A DNA stretch of 64,000 bases from the NCBI GenBank assembly GCA_013265495.1, contig MU058463.1:4176244-4240243 (forward strand), read 5' to 3'. The notes under the pieces are model-generated. The model made no database searches. It saw nothing but the letters and a program-made list of their open reading frames with translations, and was not told the origin of the DNA. Source of the DNA: Vicugna vicugna. Its lineage: Eukaryota. Of this stretch, positions 40,930-52,636 are shown in pieces. Every line of letters starts with the position of its first letter. The first letter of the stretch is position 1. Position numbers and translations under genes: made by a program.

Positions 40930-41990
40930 TTTTTTTTTTTTGAGTAAAGGTAGATTTATTTAGAGAGATACATCGAAAGGCAAGAGAAAGGCCACGAGGT
41001 GTGGGAGTTGAGTGCTCAGATTAGAGTACAAGTAGGTACACACTCCATAGACAGAGTGCGGGCGGTCTCCTGAAGTGGGAGAGAGAGGGAGGGCGATGGT
41101 GGTGAAGCACTGTGTTGCCAGTTTTTATGGGCTTTGTTGGTTCATATGCTAATAAGTGGAAGGACCAGTCTAACTAGCCTGGGGACGGAGCTGGGATTCC
41201 CAGGAGGTTGGCCATTTCCCACTGACCTTTTGTGGCTAGCCTTGGGACTGTCATGGTGCCTGTGGGCATGTTATTCACCATGTTAATATATTACAATGGG
41301 CGTATAATGAAGCTCAAGTTCCCCTAGAAGTCAAATCTCCCACCGTCTTCAGCCTCAAGGCCTACTGGGGGTTGAATCTTCCACCATTTTGATGTTAATT
41401 GCTGTATCATTCCATGAATGGCTGTGCCCTGCCCGCTTCCTGTCTCATTCCCTCCTCAGAGATTCTTACTCCCATAATCATGGGGTTGCAGAGGGGCGGA
41501 GGTCCCTCTGCTGAACTAATTCCAGGCTGATTAGGGGTGTTGACTCTGCTTATCAGGAAGAAGAAATCTCTGAATGTCTAATATAGGGGCCCCAGGGGCA
41601 GGACAGCCTTTTGTTTCTGCATCCAGAGGGCTGAGGGTGTGGGCTGGAATCCTGCACAGCCAGCATCTGATGTGGGGCTGCTGTAACCCACTGTTTTAAT
41701 TGACTCCTGATGAATTTTCTTAAAGATGAAGCACCTTTGTAACAACAGTCTGACAGTCCAGTCAGGTTGCCAGTTACTTGCCACGTGGTCTTAGTTTGGA
41801 TGTCCGAGTGGTCTCCTTGGTGGATCTTCTCGAGTCCAAAGAGACAGAGCGATAGAGGACAGAATGAGGAAAGAACGAGGGGAGCAAAGTCTTGGGCTCG
41901 GTGGGCTCCTTCACGGCTAGAGAGCTGGTCCCTGCCAGATCCTGGAGGCAGCGTCAGCCACCACTTAAAGGGCTACTTGAATCTCTATAT
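40930..41990 (-). mobile_element. ERV 3' portion: internal sequence, PPT, U3/R and poly(A)
   Basis: Minus strand has PPT GAGGAGGGAA then TGAGACAG (LTR start near 41447); AATAAA at 40955-40960 followed by an A-run at 40930-40941; right boundary approximate. Confidence 0.6.
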
Positions 41991-42179
41991 TCCCTTTTGA
42001 AGTAAGTTGCATGGAAGTTACTTTAGCCCAGCTAAATATAGGATCCAAGTTTTGTTTTGTTTTTCCTCTTTCATTTAAAGATAGTTTTGAAATGAAAGTT
42101 GCTAGTTAATAAAACCTGGGTTATGGCTCCCTGGCACACATTTTCTTCCTAACACAAAGGACAGAATAGCTGCAGCCTC

Positions 42180-42545
42180 CTCGGTCCCGGATGCGCGGTT
42201 TCGCTAGGCGCGCTGTGCTTCCCGCTGGACTAGCGACCCCGGGCCACACCCCATCTATCTGGCTGTGTGGAGCCCAGTCCGCAGGCAACCCGCCACCTGC
42301 GGATCCCGCAGCAGGGCCCAGCTGCCCCGCCCTCCTCTTGGCGGTTGCGGCGTTTCTATGGCAGCCAAAAGCTTCAAACTTGGGCTGCGCGGATGCACCT
42401 GAGGCACTGGAGCAAAGTCAGGATCGCCTACTGGGCCGCGGGAGGGCGTGCTTTCCTTCTGCAGCCTGCGGGCTTGTGGGGCAGACACTTCGGATGGCGG
42501 ACTTGGGGTGTTAATCCAGCGGTGGGGTTGGATGCGTGGAAATAG
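42180..42545. promoter_or_regulatory. CpG-rich island over exon 1 of the GATD3-like pseudogene
   Basis: Dense CpG in an otherwise CpG-depleted intergenic region. Confidence 0.7.
42191..42416 (+). pseudogene. GATD3-like pseudogene exon 1 remnant
   Basis: From 42329: ALLL-(fs)-GCGV-(fs)-FYGSQKLQTWAARMHLRH vs GATD3 [27 protein letters not shown]. Start uncertain (in-frame ATG at 42191 or eroded AGG at 42313); probable donor GTCAGG at 42417. Confidence 0.7.
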
Positions 42546-42934
42546 GGCAGGTGAGAACTTCCAAGTCTGCTTTGGGTTCTTGGTATTAAAGCTCCTGGGA
42601 TTTTATCTGGAAGCCCTGTGATTGTGAGTTTTATCTCTCATTTGCTTTAGATCAGCAATTGCCAACCCTGACAAATGGTGACATCACCTGGGGAGGTTTT
42701 AAGACATACCCATGCCCAGAGTCCCAGGTAAACGGTCTGTTTGGGCCTCAAACTCCCCAGGGGATTGTAATATGTAGTCAGGGTTGAGAATCACTGCTTT
42801 GGAAAGATTTTAAGGGCTTATTTAATCAATTCCCCCGTGTTTTGGAGCCCTATACCGTCCTATCTATAAAATTGGGTATTTTCTTACATTTCTTTAAAAA
42901 GCATATATATATGCTTTTAATATACACTTTAAAT

Positions 42935-42966
42935 ACACACACACACACACACATACACACACACAC
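42935..42966 (+). repeat. (CA)n microsatellite
   Basis: Direct CA repeats with one TA interruption. Confidence 0.85.
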
Positions 42967-43225
42967 TCAGGCAACCAACCTCTTTCTGTTCTTTCTTTCT
43001 GGAAGCTAATTTATAGCTCAATTTTCTTTTTTCCTCTAGAAGTCTCCCACAGTTTTTCCCTTGCGATTGAGCTGTTAGTGTTTGCAGTTTGTGCTGGCTC
43101 TGAAGGCATACAGAATTACTTAGCGGTTTTCTGGCTTTCTTTTCTGATTTAGGCTCTGAGATTGATTTGCTTGATTGTTTTCATAGAGGCAATGACATCA
43201 TTTGCTTTTGTTTCTATTTTTGAAG

Positions 43226-43395
43226 GTGAAGATACTTGCTCCTAATGCTGAGCAGATGCACGTGTTAATCACTTGAAAGAGAGCCCAACAGAAGGGAAGA
43301 GAACTGTGGGGGAGGAAAGTGCCAGGAGAGCCCTTGGGGATGCACACGTCTTGGCAGATCTAAACTTCAGCGTGCTTGACGCTGTCAGTAACCTG
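43226..43395 (+). pseudogene. GATD3-like pseudogene exon 2 remnant
   Basis: ttttgaag|VKILAPNAEQMHV-(fs)-NHLKESPTEGKRTVGEESARRALGDAHVLADLNFSVLDAV..P G|GTGAGT vs [59 protein letters not shown]. Confidence 0.88.
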
Positions 43396-44296
43396 GTGAG
43401 TTAGCTGAAAGCTGTGAGGCCAACTGTTCATTTTAATTAATGCTCACTGACTTCCAAACCCTCTTCCCTGAAAGGCTTAGCTATCATTTAGAAGCCCTAT
43501 TCCAGTCTCTAGGTTTGTGGCACATGAGAAACAACTTGAAGAGTGTTTTAACCACCCCCCAAGTGCCTGGGTCACACCTGAGACCAGTTACATCAGACTC
43601 TGGGGGTGGAAACAATGGGGGTGATTCTACTATGCGGCCAAGTCTGAGAACCAGTGCTCTACAAAGAATGACCTGTGGTTCCTAGACTTGACTGCACCTG
43701 GAATTACCTGGTAAGCTTCAAAAACCATCAGTGCCTGTGTCCCTGGATTTTGGAATTAAGACCCTCAGATGATTCTCATATGTAGACTAGCTTGGGAACC
43801 ACCAATCTAGATCAACGTGCCTTTAACTTTAAAGAGTATATGAGTCACCTGGAGATCTTACAGTGCAGATTCTGATTCAGCTCCTAGGTGACAGGTGATG
43901 CGTGGAATGCAGCCCACACTTCGAGGCCTCTAGGCTCTGGGAATCATGGTAGAGGACTGCCTCTACTGTGCAGAGATCACTTATAGATAGGTGGCTCCAT
44001 CCTTTAAAATAAAAGATTGATTTACAAGCATACTTGTCTTAGATATCTCTGATTTCTTTCCACTTAGTCCCTTTCATAAGGAACTGTATAGTACATATTT
44101 CTTTTTCAAACAAAACAACTAAAATCAGTTTTAAGATTGTTTTAAACATTCACCATAATCTTGACATTTGGGGAAGCAATTTGGAGATGTCCCACAGTGA
44201 GAGCTGGGCATCATTGTTTTAGAGCAGGGGTCTGTTGCTTGCGGATACTTGTACATATCTATCCAAATAGGTTGCTTACTGCGCTCTAACATAAAC

Positions 44297-44809
44297 TGTA
44301 TTCCAGATCACTATTGCTGTAACAAACGCCACCAAAATTTAGTGGCTTAAACAGTCTTTACTATTTCTGGAGGTTGACTAGGCTCAGCTGGCTTTGCTTA
44401 ACATCTCTCATGCAATAGCAGTTAGATAGTGGCTGGGGCTGCAAACATCTGAAACACCACAATGGTATCTTCACTCCTATGTCTGGTGCCTGGGCCGAGA
44501 CTGGCTGGAAGAGCTGAGGGCTGGCTGCGTGGCCATGTGGCCATTCTGTGTGGCAATCTTGGTCTTCCTTATAACCCATGGACCTCAGATGGCTGAATTG
44601 CTCACATGAGGGCTGCCATCACCTAGAACAAACATTCCAAGAGACTCAGGCTTTCCTCTTACAATCTGGCCACGGAAGTTCCTCAGCAACATTTCTACTA
44701 CATTCTGTTGATAAAGAGTGAGACCAGCTTCAAGGAGAGGAGACCATAAAAGGGCACGAATATTGGGAGGCATGGATACTGGGGCACCATCTTTGGAGAC
44801 TTCCTATAC
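44297..44809. mobile_element. MaLR LTR relic (MLT1-like) in pseudogene intron 2
   Basis: tgtattcc..ctattgctgtaacaaac..aaaatttagtggcttaaaca...ggggcaccatctttggagacttcctataca. Confidence 0.55.
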
Positions 44810-44988
44810 ATTATGTATATACCAAGCTTATTATGTATAAACAGATTTAAATATCTATTTACAAAACCCTGGAGAGAGGGGAGACAGTGAGGGAAATTAA
44901 TTGTATTTGAGCTGCTGTTTTGAGAACTTACTCTTCTCTTCCACTGCAAATAGATTTGCTCTAAAACAGCTTTGTAAAGATTATTGCC

Positions 44989-45225
44989 TTTCACAGACCC
45001 ACAGATGTAGAGAACAAACTAGTGGTTACCAGGGAGGAGAGGGGAGGGGCTATATAGTGATGAGGGAGCGGGAGGTACAAACTATGGGTATAAGACAGGC
45101 TCAAGGATGTATTGTACAACCCAGGGAATATAGCCAATATTTGGAAATAATTGTAAATGGAAAGTAACCTTTAAAATTGTATAAAAATAAAAATTTTTAA
45201 AAAACTACAAAAAAAGAAGAAAAGT
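44989..45225 (+). mobile_element. Short L1 3' end
   Basis: agacccacagatgtagagaacaaactagtggttacc...A-rich tail; GATTATTGCC repeated at 44979-44988 and 45226-45235 (TSD). Confidence 0.8.
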
Positions 45226-45882
45226 GATTATTGCCCTTTGGCTCTGATGCTAAAATTAGTGTTTTCGCATCTAAGAAAGAATGACTTGTAAAATCAACAA
45301 AAAATTATTACTATTTAAAAAACAACTTTTATTCTGGCATATAAAGAGAGGGTTTTGTTTTTAAAAGAAATGAAGTTATCTCAAATGCTTTAAAAAATAT
45401 GCAGTTCTACTTTGTACCAAACTTGAAATATTTAGCAAAAATTAGCATCATGATGGGTATCCCAGCTTGTGTCTTCAGAATTTCATACTGTTGATACAAA
45501 AGGTTTATTTTTATTATTATTAGGTTAATATAAACCCTGTATCAGTCTATAAAGTCCACTTGCTACAAGTGCTACATTGAAGCTGTGTAAAAGCCCTAAT
45601 GATTGGGTCTGTGTTCTAGCATTTGGCACTGATTTTTTTTTTTACAAAAACATCTCTGAGCCACTTTGACAAATATGTTGCTATCCTGACTTTAAAACTA
45701 AGTTAGTCAATTAGTCAAAGTCATTATCAACTCCAAAAGACTTTAAAGAAATGCTATTTTTACATTTGATTCGTATATGTTATTGCTCTTATATGCCTTA
45801 ATTCTTTGCTTAAGAATTGTTCACAGGTTCTTTTTGTCAGCTGCCTCAGATAATCCAGGTCCCCTGTCTTTGCTCTTTGCAG

Positions 45883-46053
45883 ATGGTTTTGGGGTGGCCC
45901 AGAACTGCACACTTAACAGTTCTGTAAAGGACACTTCAAGCTTTCCATGGTGCTAGGAAGCCCATCAGCTGGCCCGGCATTTCCCTATGCTGACAGCTGA
46001 CACCTCCCTGCCTGTGGAGTCACACTGGGTCAGGATAATATTGTGGATGGAGG
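45883..46053 (+). pseudogene. GATD3-like pseudogene exon 3 remnant
   Basis: ctttgcag|..GFGVAQN-(about 10 aa missing)-CTLNSSVKDT-(fs)-QAFHGARKPISWPGIS-(fs)-MLTA..PACGVTLGQDNIVDG; donor eroded to GGAAGA. Confidence 0.85.
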
Positions 46054-46603
46054 GGAAGAAGAGGATGAAAATCTTCCTGCCGGGTAAGCAGGTTCTACAG
46101 CGCTTTCCTATTTTCCTTCCTCCAGGTGAATATAAATGTGACTGCTTTTCTGAAAGCTTAACAAATTATCGTGCGTTATAGGGCTGGGCTGCTTGGTGGC
46201 TGGCATTAAGGTAGAGGTGGGCATGGTAAGGGACTGTGGTTTAAAGTGATAAGACCAGGTGGCATTGAATTGTAGAGATGTATTCTTACAAAATACTCTG
46301 GCTTAGTCTGTAAGAAAAAAATTTCAGTATAGCCGTTCTCTCTCGTGATACCATTCGGCTGTGTGGGTTAAACTGTGCTTGCTTTCATTATGTCTTATTA
46401 ATCCTAGTACATGCAGTCTTCATTTGTCCTACTAACTCGATGTTTCAGTGAAGCCTCATGTTGGAACAGATTTTTTGTGTGCACAGTGCCTGTGAGCTTT
46501 TGTTCAGAATATTGCAAGCTGATAATTTTGGCTTTCTCACAGTCACGCTGTCAGGTGCCTAAGAAACGTTTCTCCCGCTTGGTTAGCTCTCCTCTTCTGA
46601 TAG

Positions 46604-46794
46604 GTTTGTTGATGCAGGTGCAGCCACCGCTGCGCAGAAGCCCAGACGCAAACACAGCCTCGGGGATGTGAGGGAATCCTGCCGGGATACTACCAACGAA
46701 ATGGTGCAGACGTGCGCCGTCACAGCACGGCCCCTCGCTTGACAGTTGTGATGGAATAGGAAAAGTGGTGGGGGGTGTCTTATAGTGCACTTGA
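46604..46794 (+). pseudogene. GATD3-like pseudogene exon 4 remnant
   Basis: tctgatag|G FVDAGAATAAQKPRRKHSLGDVRESCRDTTNEMVQTCAVT-(fs)-..DGIGKVVGGVL*CT* vs [51 protein letters not shown]. Confidence 0.82.
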
Positions 46795-49111
46795 AAGGCA
46801 ACACTTAATAGTATATAGAATGAATTGTTCAAGTAAAAATATTTTAGCTCCATCCAGCCCAATTACAAATTCTATCACTTGATGATAGGTACTCTCAGTG
46901 ATCTTGACTCAAGATGAAATACTCACCATTGAATTATTCAGATATCCATGGTTTCTAGACAAGCACGTTGTTGTTTTTATTTTTCATTTATTTATTTTTT
47001 TATTTTTCATTTTCTAAAGTCAGAAACTACACTCTCATGCCATGTTTCAAACAGATGGGCATCGGGCTATTCCAAAGGCTTTTTCCTGAACCTCCAGCTT
47101 CACTTCTGCATGGGCACCAACTGTAACTGGGGTGGGTTGACTTGTTTTTAGCAATAATTCCAACAAAAAGCAGGGAAATTTTTTGAAGTGAGACGACGAG
47201 GATATCTGAGTGTTGATATCTGCATTAACAGCTGAACTAGGTGACTAAGTCTAAATTTTCAAAATTTCTGCAAAGGTATTTATTCTTTTCTGTGCGGTTC
47301 AGATAAAGCCATGACACTGTAAGCATCACACATTCTTTTGATGTGTTCTGCAGCTGTCAACTGCTGGGCGCCCAGGGTTTTATCAGAAGCCAGAGCAGCG
47401 GCTTCTGAAACACTCTCCTGCTTTGAAAGTCTCTTGAATGATTGCTTTCTGTGAACTATCACTATGCTATTTTTTTTTTTTTACATGTAGGGTAAGAGAG
47501 AAGAGCAACAGTGGAGAAATTTCACTAACGAGTAATTACTGCAGTGCTGCAGAGAGGTTTCACACTGTTGGGTAGGGTGCCACCATGTGTGCATGCACAC
47601 ACGTCTGTGCCTGCACACATGTGTGCACCTCTGCTGGGGGAAGGCGCTGCATTTTGTTGTGACTTTGCTCCTACCCTCAGTTTCCTGTAGCTGTGCTTTG
47701 TGGAGGGAAATCCTGCCAGAATTGACAGGGAAGCTGCATTTCTGCAGTTCCACAGGCCCTGTCTTGTCACAGGTCATATTCTTCCAGGAAGAACTGGAAG
47801 CTATGGATTCCACTTAGGAGAGTTTGCATGCACTGGGCTCCCTGGTCCCTGAGCCCAGCTCAGCCTCCAGAAGCTCACATCCCCACCAGGGAGGAATGAA
47901 GGAAGCACAGCTGGCCCAGAAGAGGTGCGGATCACTTCCTTTGTCCTCTTCACTTCTTTGGCTTGTCTCTCTACTCACTCTACATTGTAAGCTCATGGTT
48001 GTAAGAGTTCTTGCCTGTTTTGTTCACTGCTGTGCCACCTGCACCAAGAACATCTTCTGGCACCTATTAAGCCTTCAGTACACATTTGTTGAATTGAATT
48101 GACTCCTCCCATTTACTCTTCATCCCCAAAGAGGTTCCCCTGCATAAACTGTCATGGACCTTATGGTGGCCCCAGTTTTCTTAGGGGACTTATCTATCTA
48201 TGATATCTTTTTTAGACAGGAATTCCAAGTAAAGTTGTTACAAAATATACTATATAAAAATTCCTTTTAAATTCACATATTCTCTGAGTTCTTTTGGTAC
48301 ACACCTGAAAGCGTACATGGTCTTGAGATCCCCCAAACATAGACTAGCACTAGGGCCCCTCAGAGCTGGCAAAGGTGTGTCTGATCACTCAGGCATTTTG
48401 GCTCAAGGCTGTGGATGTGTGCTCAGGTTGCAGAAATACAGAGGGGGCTGGAATTAACCTCTCCCTGTGGGTAGAGCCTTTGTCCCCGTCTCCCAGTGGG
48501 TTTTCTCCCTGGTGGTCTGGCCTGATCCGTGTGGAGGCCTCATTTGCCTGCACACTGGGCCTGTCACCTTAACAGTGGGCTGAGCTGCGTCTTCGTTGCT
48601 GCCCCCGAGGAAAGGAAAGGGGCAAAGCAAGCATTTGCCGCAGCGCCTAGACATCAGACCAGAGGTGCCGGAGCCCCGTCTTGGGCTTTCTCAGGGTCAG
48701 GTGGCTCTCAGGCAGTCCTAGTTGCCCAGCCTCATGGAAAGAAGAGACAGGGGGCTCAGCTTCCACTCTCCCATTCCATCCAGAGGCCCCCCTAGCTCTG
48801 TGGCTCACAAGTGCCCTAGCTTTCGACCCTTAGAGGAAGAAATCATCTAGGAAAGAATGTGGGAAGCCAATCTCTTCCTCACGCTCCTTCTCTATTTTTT
48901 TGTATGTGGTAAGTTGTGGGTGGATGATGCTCAGGGCTGTCAGCAAAGAGAGCCCTTCAGCTCCCTCTGCAGACCCATATTCCCCCATATTTTCTCCTGC
49001 CTTCAGTTAACCCAGTGGGCACAATAGCCAGTGTCAAGGTCACCTGTTGTCCCCCTCAGGAGAGAATGTCTTTACCAACCACTGCTGTTGGTCCAAAGCA
49101 ACCATCAGGGG

Positions 49112-49499
49112 TGTTAAGAAACTAAGTCATACTAAATTTTTTCAGAGTTTAGTTGAGCAAAAATCGATTTGAATCACGCAGCACCCCATCTAGCACATAG
49201 AAAAGGTCTCCAAGGAGCTGTACAAAATGAAAGACTTTTATAGGCAGAAGGGAGCCAGACCAAGGAAATTACATTAGGCGAAAAAGTGGATTGGTTCTTG
49301 CAAGGTTACTTGTCTTTAGAGGGTGGCAGGGGTCTGTCAGGCAGATTACCTAACTAGTGCTGATCAGAGATTCCTGATGGATTCGTTTAAGATTCCACTT
49401 CTGGAAGAGTCAAAACTCTAATTCAGTAAAGTCTTGATTTGGTGGATATGAGCTTAGCATAAGCAAGTCCATTTTGAGTCTACTGTCTTATTTTTAACA
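49112..49499. mobile_element. ERV solo LTR
   Basis: Inverted termini TGTTAA...TTAACA with 4-bp TSD GGGG on both sides. Confidence 0.8.
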
Positions 49500-50479
49500 G
49501 GGGATGTCTGAGGATATTATTAATGGCCTTCAGATCTTGCCCATAGAAACTTCTGAAATGTATCAAGGCAGGATAATTAAATTTAATCTCAACGTCACAA
49601 TAGAAACCACCTCTTCTGTCTCCTCTTTTATCGACCTTAAACTTCATCAGTGTTAACATGATGTGTCCTATGGAACAGCATAATCTAGGTAATACAGAGC
49701 CAGCAACAGAAAATTCTGCACATTTCTAGGTACTGCTTTTGCCATAGTCTACAAATTTTGATGTGTGGTATTTTTATTATTGGTTAGTTCTAAATGTTTT
49801 ATAATTTTCACTACAACTTCTTCTGGGACCCAAGAGTTATTTAGAGGAATGTTTATTTCTAAACACTTCAGGCTTTTCTAATTATCTTTTTTTGCATCGA
49901 CTTTTAACTTGATTGAATTGTGATTAGACAAAATGATCTGGATAATCCAGTGCATTGAAAACTTGAGACTTGCTTTATGCCTAAGTATAGGATCCATTTT
50001 TTTAAATGTTCTGTAAGGTTTTTAGAAGATTGTAGTTTCTCTTGTTGAGTTTTCTGTATGTCCATCAAATAAGATTTGTTGATTGTATTTAATCTTATAT
50101 AATCTATTTGGTTTTGGTTTTCTTGAAATATAAATTACTAAGGGGGAAATGTTAAAATTCTCTCAGTATGGTGTTGGATTTATCTGTTTCTCCTTGCAGC
50201 CTAATAGTATTTAGATGCATATAGGTTTAGAATTAGTTTAGTTACCTGGTGATTTGAATTTAATATCTTCTTTTCAAGTAATGCTTTTTTGCTTAAATTC
50301 TTTTATGTTTAATATTGACATTTATTTATTCTAGCTTTCTTTTGTTAATATTCCATCCACATTCCCCCACCTTGTTTTACTTTAAACTTTTCTGCACCCT
50401 TACGTGTCTTGAATAAAGTATATAACTGAATTTTTTAAATGCCTTCTAATAACACCAAAAGTAGGAATAAAAATTTGTT

Positions 50480-51450
50480 TTTTAAATGGTGAAAAATGGA
50501 CTTGGTCAAAATTTAAAACTTCTGCTCTCCAAAGAGATCATTAAAAACATAAAAAGACAAGCCACAGACTGAGAGATAATATTTGTAAAGAATATATCTG
50601 TTAAAGAACTTATGGCCAGAATGTAAAATGAACTCTTACAACTCAATGAGAAGACAATCTAATTAAAATAATAGGCAGAAATGGGCAAGAATTAGTCATT
50701 AGGGAAATGCAAATGAAAACTCTAATGAGATACCATTATACACTCACTCGACTGGCTGAAATTAAAAAGACTGAGAATTCTAAGAGTTGGTGAGGATAAT
50801 GAGAAATGGGAATCATCTCACATTGCTGGTAGAAATGTAACATGATAGAGCTACTTTGGAAAACAGTTTTTAATAAAGTTAAACATGTACTTATTAAAAT
50901 GTCCCAGCATTCCTACTCCTAGGAATCTACCCAGGAGAAATGGAAAGACGTGTCCACAGAAAGATGTGTTTGTGAACGTTCACAGAAGCATTATTCACAA
51001 TAGCCCCAAACTGGAAGCAGTCCAGCTGCTCTTTAACTAATGAATGGGTGAACAAAATGTGGTATATCCATTTCATGGAATGCGACTCAGCAATGAAAGG
51101 GAATAAAGTACTGATACATATGTGGAAACATCTTAAAACTATTATGCTAAATGAAAGAGCCCGACACAGAAGACTACACATTGCATGATTCTATTATATG
51201 AAGTGTGTGGAAAAGACAAAACTATAAAGATAGAAAGCAGATTGCTGGCTGCTGAGGACTGGAGGTGGGAGTGGGTATTGATTGCAAGCAGGCCTGAGAA
51301 ATGTTTGGCAGTGATAGACGTATTCCAAAACGGGATGGTGGTGATATTTGCATAACTCTGTAAATTTACTAAAACTCATTAAACTGTACACTTAAAAATG
51401 GATGAATTGATGATGTGTAAAGTAGATGTTAATAAAATAAACATTTCAAA
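50480..51450 (+). mobile_element. Old L1 3' fragment within older antisense L1-like sequence (about 49720-51980)
   Basis: aaatttaaaacttctgctctccaaa...gggaaatgcaaatgaaaac...aaactgtacacttaaaaatgg. Confidence 0.7.
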
Positions 51451-52636
51451 ATGTGTTCATAGTCTTTGTCTTTTTTAAATGGAGCATTTAGTCCATTTAC
51501 TCTCTTTGTAATTATAGATCCAGTTGGATTTTTTCTGTCATTTTATATTGTGCTTTCTGTCTATACTGCCTTTCCTATATTTCTTTTTCCCTCTCCTTTC
51601 TTGCCTGTCTTTGGATCATTTTTTCCCTAATTCCGCATCGTTCCCTCTGTTAACCTGATACGTTCTACTGCTGTTTTACAATAGTCAGCCTGGAAATGTC
51701 AACATACATACTTACAAGTCAAAATCTAGAGCTAATAGCTTTGCCCTTTTCTTGAACAACACGAGGAATTTAGAACACATTAATGATGATAACTCTCTGC
51801 CTTTATATATATATATTATATATACACATAGGTAATGCTGATATTGCAATTTTTAACCGCAGAAGGCATTTTTATTATTTTACACAGTTTAATATTTATT
51901 TGATTACCCACATATATACTATGTTTTGGCTGTCATTCTTTATTACATCTTAGACTCTACATCCATGATATTTGCCTCAAAAAAATTTTTTAATGCAAGG
52001 TTGTATATTATAGTGATTAAGAGCATGGCTTCTACAGCCAAACTGCTATTTTAAAGACTCTTTTTAAATTTATGCTTTAAAATAGAGAAACTGAGATAAG
52101 GGGATACCCAGAAGCATGCCCAGGGTCACATCTAGTCAGTAGCAGAGACAGAACTTGAACCCACAATGCTGTTATTTTAAACCCAGTAGCATTCCCTCCA
52201 CTGTGAACCCATGGTCTAAGAGATCTGTTGGTGGCACAACAGACCAGAACCCTTCTCCACTATCAGCAAGTATACGTAGAAGTTCAAATTCTTCGGGAGA
52301 TTCATGAATAACTCATCTGTAAAGATTAAGCAAATCACAGGGGACTTGAATTTCAGCCTTATGAATGCTTATAAAATTAATTTCTCTGCGTTTCTTGTGT
52401 CTGTATTATCTTGCTATAAGTAACTGGAACTGTGTTGCAGAAGTTACAGGACAAGACTCCTTCCACATATATCTGATTCTGTGTCTGGACTCTCTTCAGC
52501 ATGCTGCATTTATTCCTGAGCAGACCAAGAACAGACCCTTGCTCTGTAAAGCAAAGCATTGAATTTCCCCCTATGTAAAAAGTCATTTAGATGTTGGTAA
52601 GCCTCAGGAGAGATTGTATGATGGAATTGTTAAATG

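Larger units (their letters stand above)
42191..46794 (+). pseudogene. Unprocessed (4-exon) GATD3/ES1-like pseudogene, DJ-1/PfpI (class I glutamine amidotransferase-like) superfamily
   Basis: Four colinear exon remnants reproduce the whole ES1/GATD3 domain: ALLL.GCGV/FYGSQ..HL; VKILAPNAEQMHV/NHLK..ESARRALG; GFGVAQN..FHGARKPI..VTLGQD; FVDAG..KH..DGIGKVV..VL. AG acceptors are retained; there are multiple frameshifts and a premature stop. Confidence 0.88.

Noticed and set aside
42352..42365. RFX X-box-like GTTTCTATGGCAGC
   Set aside because: Explained as the eroded V-F-D-G-S codons of pseudogene exon 1; no independent support.
42191..42545. The 107-aa and 92-aa ORFs as independent small genes
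   Set aside because: Each carries only a frameshifted piece of the GATD3-like exon 1.
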